The notes under the pieces: generated by a model
What the model saw: the letters and a program-made list of their open reading frames with translations, nothing else
Told to the model about the DNA's origin: nothing
Databases searched by the model: none
In this document: positions 59,314-64,000 of the stretch, one piece after another
How the letters are laid out: every line of letters starts with the position of its first letter
Position numbering within the stretch: the stretch's first letter is position 1
DNA from: Promethearchaeota archaeon
GTDB taxonomy: Archaea; Asgardarchaeota; Lokiarchaeia; Sigyniarchaeales; SOKP01
DNA: 64,000 nt
Direction: 5' to 3'
NCBI GenBank assembly: GCA_019057865.1
Contig: JAHLWP010000012.1
Location: 28,544 to 92,543, forward strand
Position numbers and translations under genes: made by a program

Positions 59314-60885
59314 TTGAAGCTCAAGACTGACATTTTAATTATAGGTGGAGGGATTTCTGGATTAACTCTCGCTATTAAGCTAGCAGAGTTAACAAAGGAT
59401 CAAAAAATATTAATTATAACTAAAGAGACATTAATCGATTGCAATACTTATAATGCCCAAGGTGGTATTGCATGTGTTTGGGACAAAACTGATTCTTTTA
59501 AAAAACATATTCAAGATACAGTAATAGCTGGAGATGGATTATGTGATGAAAATGTTGTAAAAGAAATAATTACTCAAGCTCCTGAAAGAATAAATGAATT
59601 AATTGATTTGGGTGTTAGTTTCAATAGAAATGAAAATGGACAGTATGATCTTGGAAGAGAGGGAGGTCATTCTCAAAGAAGAGTGCTTCATGTTAATGAT
59701 CTTACTGGTGAAGCTATCCAAAATGTTCTGATAAAAAATGTAAAAGCGCACAGTAATATTGAGATTAAAGAAAATTGGTGTGCCGTAAATCTTTATGCTC
59801 AAAATTTCAAGTGTTACGGAGCTTATGTATTAGATCAAAATAATAAAGAGATCCATAATATTGCAGCAAAAGCAGTTATATTAGCTACAGGAGGTACTGG
59901 TAAGATTTATCTATATACTACAAATCCAGATGTAGCTTCTGGAGATGGAATTGCAATAGCTTATCGTGCTGGAGCTACGATAACTAATATGGAGTTTATT
60001 CAGTTTCATCCTACTTGTTTATATCATCCATATGCAAAATCATTTTTAATATCAGAAGCATTACGCGGAGAAGGTGCGATCTTAAAAGATGTTTATGGAA
60101 ATGAATTTATAGAAAAATATCATCCATTAAAAGAACTTGCTCCTCGAGATATAGTCTCTAGAGCTATTGATGCTGAATTAAAAAGATCTGGGGATGATTA
60201 CGTTTATTTAGATATCGCGTCATACAAGGATGCAACTTTTATCAAAAAAAATTTTCCCAGGATATATGAAAATTGCTTAAAATTTAATATTGACATTACA
60301 AAAGAACCAATCCCCATCGTTCCAGCGGCTCATTATTGTTGTGGTGGAGTAATGGCTAAGATTGATGGAACTACAGATGTGAATAATTTATTTGTAATCG
60401 GAGAATCAGCATGTACAGGTTTTCATGGAGCAAATAGATTAGCAAGTAATTCTTTACTTGAAGGCTTAGTTAGTGCTCACGAATGTGCTAATATCTTAAA
60501 CGAAAAGATTTCAAAATTAGAAATTAAAGAATTTCCTGAATGGGAACCTGGTAATGCTGTCCCTTCCACGGAAGCTGTTATAATTACTCAGAATTGGGAC
60601 GAAATTAGAAGGTTTATGTGGAATTATGTAGGAATTGTTAGAACAGACAAAAGACTTAAGAGAGCTAAGAAGAGAATTAATTTACTCCTCGATGAAATTG
60701 ATCAATATTACTGGGATTTTAAAATAGAAAAAAATCTGGTGGAACTGAGAAACCTTGCGACTGTTGCTAAGATAATCATTGTCAGTGCAATATCAAGAAA
60801 AGAATCTCGTGGCATTCATTATAATCTTGATCATCCTATGAAATCAGAAATGAGTAGATCCACTACAATTAAAAGACCTTGGTAA
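59314..60885 (+). CDS. nadB: L-aspartate oxidase
   Basis: AQGGIA, REGGHS.RR.LH, EFIQFHPT, LISEALRGEGA, PAAHY, HGANRLASNSLLE. Confidence 0.95.
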   Translation: MKLKTDILIIGGGISGLTLAIKLAELTKDQKILIITKETLIDCNTYNAQGGIACVWDKTDSFKKHIQDTVIAGDGLCDENVVKEIITQAPERINELIDLGVSFNRNENGQYDLGREGGHSQRRVLHVNDLTGEAIQNVLIKNVKAHSNIEIKENWCAVNLYAQNFKCYGAYVLDQNNKEIHNIAAKAVILATGGTGKIYLYTTNPDVASGDGIAIAYRAGATITNMEFIQFHPTCLYHPYAKSFLISEALRGEGAILKDVYGNEFIEKYHPLKELAPRDIVSRAIDAELKRSGDDYVYLDIASYKDATFIKKNFPRIYENCLKFNIDITKEPIPIVPAAHYCCGGVMAKIDGTTDVNNLFVIGESACTGFHGANRLASNSLLEGLVSAHECANILNEKISKLEIKEFPEWEPGNAVPSTEAVIITQNWDEIRRFMWNYVGIVRTDKRLKRAKKRINLLLDEIDQYYWDFKIEKNLVELRNLATVAKIIIVSAISRKESRGIHYNLDHPMKSEMSRSTTIKRPW

Positions 60886-60973
60886 AACAAGTACTCTTTT
60901 TGTTAGTATAATTTTAAATTATTACTCGCATTAATATTGATAAGTTTAATTAAAAAGTAGGTAAAGATTCGCA

Positions 60974-61777
60974 TTGGATATTGGTAAAAATATTAGGATT
61001 GAAAGAATATTTAATCGGAAAAGCAAAAGAACAATAGTTATCCCTATGGATCACGGATTAACTATGGGAACAATTAAAGGTTTAGAAAATTTGGCTGAGA
61101 TGATTGATAAAGTTGCTTTAGGCGGGGCAAATGCTGTTTTGATGCATTCAGGAATGGTTGGCGTTGGTCATCGAAAATATGGAAAAGATATTGGTTTGAT
61201 TATCCATTTATCTGGAGCAACAAATTTGGCACCTGATCCAAATAGAAAAGTGTTAGTTTGTTCTGTTGAACGTGCTCTGAAAATGGGAGCTGATGGTGTT
61301 TCGATTCATATAAATATTGGAGCTGATGATGAGCCAGACATGCTTCAAGATGCTTATAAAGCCATAGAAGCTTCACGAAAGTGGGGGATCCCCATACTAG
61401 CAATGATATATCCAAGAGGAAAGAAAATAAAAGATGAAAATGACCCTGATGTTGTTAATATAGCCGTAAGGGCAGGGACAGAGTTAGGAGCAGATATTGT
61501 TAAAACAAATTATACTGGTGATATAGATTCATTTAAACAAATTGTAGATGGAGTTCGTCATACACCAGTTATAATTGCTGGTGGTCCTAAAATGGATACA
61601 ATTCCTGAATTATTACAAATGGTATACGATTCTATTCAAGCTGGGGGTGCTGGTGTAGCCTTTGGGCGAAATGTATTCCAATCTAAAGATCCTACGAAGA
61701 TGGTTAAAGCAATTAGTAACATAGTGCATGATAATTATACAGTTGAGGAAGTTTTAAGAGAGTATAAGTTTGATTAA
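60974..61777 (+). CDS. Class I (DhnA-type) aldolase, likely 2-amino-3,7-dideoxy-D-threo-hept-6-ulosonate synthase (AroA') or FBP aldolase
   Basis: [27 protein letters not shown]. Confidence 0.85.
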   Translation: MDIGKNIRIERIFNRKSKRTIVIPMDHGLTMGTIKGLENLAEMIDKVALGGANAVLMHSGMVGVGHRKYGKDIGLIIHLSGATNLAPDPNRKVLVCSVERALKMGADGVSIHINIGADDEPDMLQDAYKAIEASRKWGIPILAMIYPRGKKIKDENDPDVVNIAVRAGTELGADIVKTNYTGDIDSFKQIVDGVRHTPVIIAGGPKMDTIPELLQMVYDSIQAGGAGVAFGRNVFQSKDPTKMVKAISNIVHDNYTVEEVLREYKFD

Positions 61778-61799
61778 AATAATATAATTCTCTATAATT

Positions 61800-63077
61800 A
61801 TGGTATATAAAAAGATATATCCTTATTTTCTTAAAAAGATTGAAAATAAAGAAGTTGATATTTCTGGTAAAGAAAAAGATTTTCGAGTAATAATATCGTT
61901 TGAAGATATTTCAAAGCGAGATACTTTCCTATCAAAACACACAAATCTTAGAATTTTGAAAAAATTTGATTTCATTCCTTCAATCTATTTACATCTAACA
62001 TTTGAAAAAATAAAAAACTTAGAAAAAGATGATCTAATAAAAATTATTGAAGAGGATCAAAGACTCTATCTTTCTATTCTTGAGGTTAATGAGATTTTAG
62101 AGTTAAGTGATTATCGTACATCTCAAATATCTTATACAGGAAAGGATGTTAAAATAGGAATAATCGATAATGGAATTACTAAGACATATGACTCAATATC
62201 AGAAATTAATATCGACAAGTTCGATTTTAGAGATGAAAAGATAAATGTAATCGCAAAAAAGACGGACATATCACATGGAACAACAATAGCAAGTATAATT
62301 GGTAATCAATATAAAGACAGTTATTATAGCTTTATTGGAATTGCTCCTAATGCCAAATTTTTTGATTTCAATATATCAGTTTCTAATAATGAATATTATT
62401 TTTCTAATATCTTAGAAATTTTCGATTTAATAAATTCACAGCACATTAAAATTGATATTCTTTTAATCTCTTTTACTACTTTACATCCATCTGATGGAAA
62501 TGATATATTATCTCTAGCCTGTAATTTGTTAGTTGATAAAGGAATTATAATTGTGTGCCCTGCGGGAAATTTTGGACCAGAATCTTATAGTATTGGAAGT
62601 CCTAGTGCTGCTAAAAAAGTAATAACTGTTGGGAGTCTAACAAAAAATTTAACTATCTCTGATTTTAGTAGTAGAGGACCAACTTTAGATGAAAGATTAA
62701 AACCTGATTTTTGTCTGCCAGGCTCAAAAATAGAAGTTCCGTTATCAAATGAATTAGGGATAAGAGTATCAGGAACAAGTGTTTCTGCAGCATTTTGTGT
62801 TGGAATTATTGCTTTATTGAAAGAATTTAATCCAAATGCATCATATAATGAAATTTTAAATCTTATGCAAAAAGCGAGCTCGGATTTAAGTTATGATCAG
62901 AACTCTCAAGGCTATGGAATTATTAATATCGTTAATGTTTTTAAAAAATTAGACTTATATCAAGAAAAAGTTCTTCCATACAAAGATTTAATAAAAAGAT
63001 CTTTCAAATTTACAATTGAATTTACTTTTATTCTAATCCTCATTTATTATTTAATTTATTTTTTCAGTAGATTTTAA
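61800..63077 (+). CDS. S8 (subtilisin-like) serine peptidase with C-terminal TM segment
   Basis: IIDNG (Asp), SHGT (His), AGN, SGTS (Ser), FSSRGP, KPD. Confidence 0.88.
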   Translation: MVYKKIYPYFLKKIENKEVDISGKEKDFRVIISFEDISKRDTFLSKHTNLRILKKFDFIPSIYLHLTFEKIKNLEKDDLIKIIEEDQRLYLSILEVNEILELSDYRTSQISYTGKDVKIGIIDNGITKTYDSISEINIDKFDFRDEKINVIAKKTDISHGTTIASIIGNQYKDSYYSFIGIAPNAKFFDFNISVSNNEYYFSNILEIFDLINSQHIKIDILLISFTTLHPSDGNDILSLACNLLVDKGIIIVCPAGNFGPESYSIGSPSAAKKVITVGSLTKNLTISDFSSRGPTLDERLKPDFCLPGSKIEVPLSNELGIRVSGTSVSAAFCVGIIALLKEFNPNASYNEILNLMQKASSDLSYDQNSQGYGIINIVNVFKKLDLYQEKVLPYKDLIKRSFKFTIEFTFILILIYYLIYFFSRF

Positions 63078-63184
63078 TTATTATGTTATAAAGCAAAGAT
63101 TATTTCTTTAATCCTAATTATATTAGTGCATTAATATAGATGTGAAATATTTAATACATTACGCATTAATTTTTATGAATTAAA

Positions 63185-63925
63185 ATGAGCCAAAATAAAT
63201 TACTTCATATTATTATAGATAACAGAGAACAAAAACTAAAAGCAATATTTGATCAAAAAAAAGATATAATTACTTATGAATCGAAACAATTAGATATTGC
63301 TGATATAGTTATTTCGGAAGATATTGCTATTGAAAGAAAAGAAGGTTTCGATTTTATTACTTCTATAATGGATAATCGATTATTTGAACAGGTATTACGA
63401 TTAAAAGATACATATGCGGATCCCATCTTAATCCTTGAAGGATTGAATGATAAAGTGTTTGAAAACACAAATATGAATATTAAATCTATTTATGGGGCAC
63501 TTTCATTTATTTCATATAAATTAGGGATTTCTGTTATTCCTACAAGAAATATTGAAGATACTGCGATTGTTATTGAAAGAATTGCTTATAGAGAACAGGT
63601 AAAAGACAGTACACCTATACTATCAAGAAAAGCTCCTAAAGAGATGTCAAAAAACGAGAGAAGATCTTTTATTATAGAAGGATTAGTAGATATAGGTCCT
63701 AAAAAAGCGAGAGCATTAATTGAAAAATTCAAAACTCCATACCAAGTTTTTAAAGCAATTAAACGTACAGAGATAACTTACACGAGAACAGGACGAATTA
63801 AAGGGATAAAAGGTCCGCTGGAGGATTTAACCGGATTTGGACCTATATTTATCGAAAAAAATCAAAAACTTCTATTTAGTAAAAAAAAAAGAAGTCCTCA
63901 AAAAAAAATTAATGATGAATATTAA
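63185..63925 (+). CDS. Stand-alone ERCC4/XPF nuclease with HhH domain
   Basis: IDNRE, ADIVIS...IERK, RLFEQ, GPKKA. Confidence 0.9.
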   Translation: MSQNKLLHIIIDNREQKLKAIFDQKKDIITYESKQLDIADIVISEDIAIERKEGFDFITSIMDNRLFEQVLRLKDTYADPILILEGLNDKVFENTNMNIKSIYGALSFISYKLGISVIPTRNIEDTAIVIERIAYREQVKDSTPILSRKAPKEMSKNERRSFIIEGLVDIGPKKARALIEKFKTPYQVFKAIKRTEITYTRTGRIKGIKGPLEDLTGFGPIFIEKNQKLLFSKKKRSPQKKINDEY

Positions 63926-64000
63926 TACACTAAAATAACATTTAAAAAGTATTTCGAAAGTTCTATAATGCTTTTAATAAAGTATTAAGATCTAATTAGA

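Noticed and set aside
1-64000. CRISPR arrays, tRNA/rRNA genes, transposases, integrases
   Set aside because: No regularly spaced repeats, GC-rich structural RNA segments or mobile-element proteins recognised by eye; a covariance-model scan would be needed to exclude small RNAs.

Overview
AT-rich archaeal chromosomal segment, most consistent with Asgard archaea (Lokiarchaeia-like). The indicators are a Rab-like GTPase, a longin-like/GTPase fusion, geranylgeranyl reductase, stand-alone XPF, and selenoprotein genes with a eukaryote-type SECIS. No rRNA, tRNA, CRISPR array or intact mobile element was recognised. Most genes are metabolic, transport or housekeeping. The key locus is 12.5-19.1 kb (aor - 4Fe-4S protein - hdrA - mvhD - FdhB/FrhB-like), which the ORF track fragments because it appears to use two RNA-level processes. 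(1) The 4Fe-4S gene (14496-15115) carries two tiny insertions of 30 and 32 nt, each inside a CxxCxxCxxxC motif. Both fold as bulge-helix-bulge (BHB) substrates whose predicted cut sites exactly restore the motifs and the reading frame, so they are candidate tRNA-endonuclease-type mRNA introns. (2) hdrA and mvhD each have two in-frame UGA codons at conserved Cys positions, with one SECIS-like hairpin downstream of mvhD. Other points: three tandem putative protein-arginine phosphatases, a macrodomain/ABC-permease chimera, a triplicated surface-protein module with a conserved upstream motif, and several gene remnants. All RNA folds were derived by hand and family calls come from motif recognition, not database searches.
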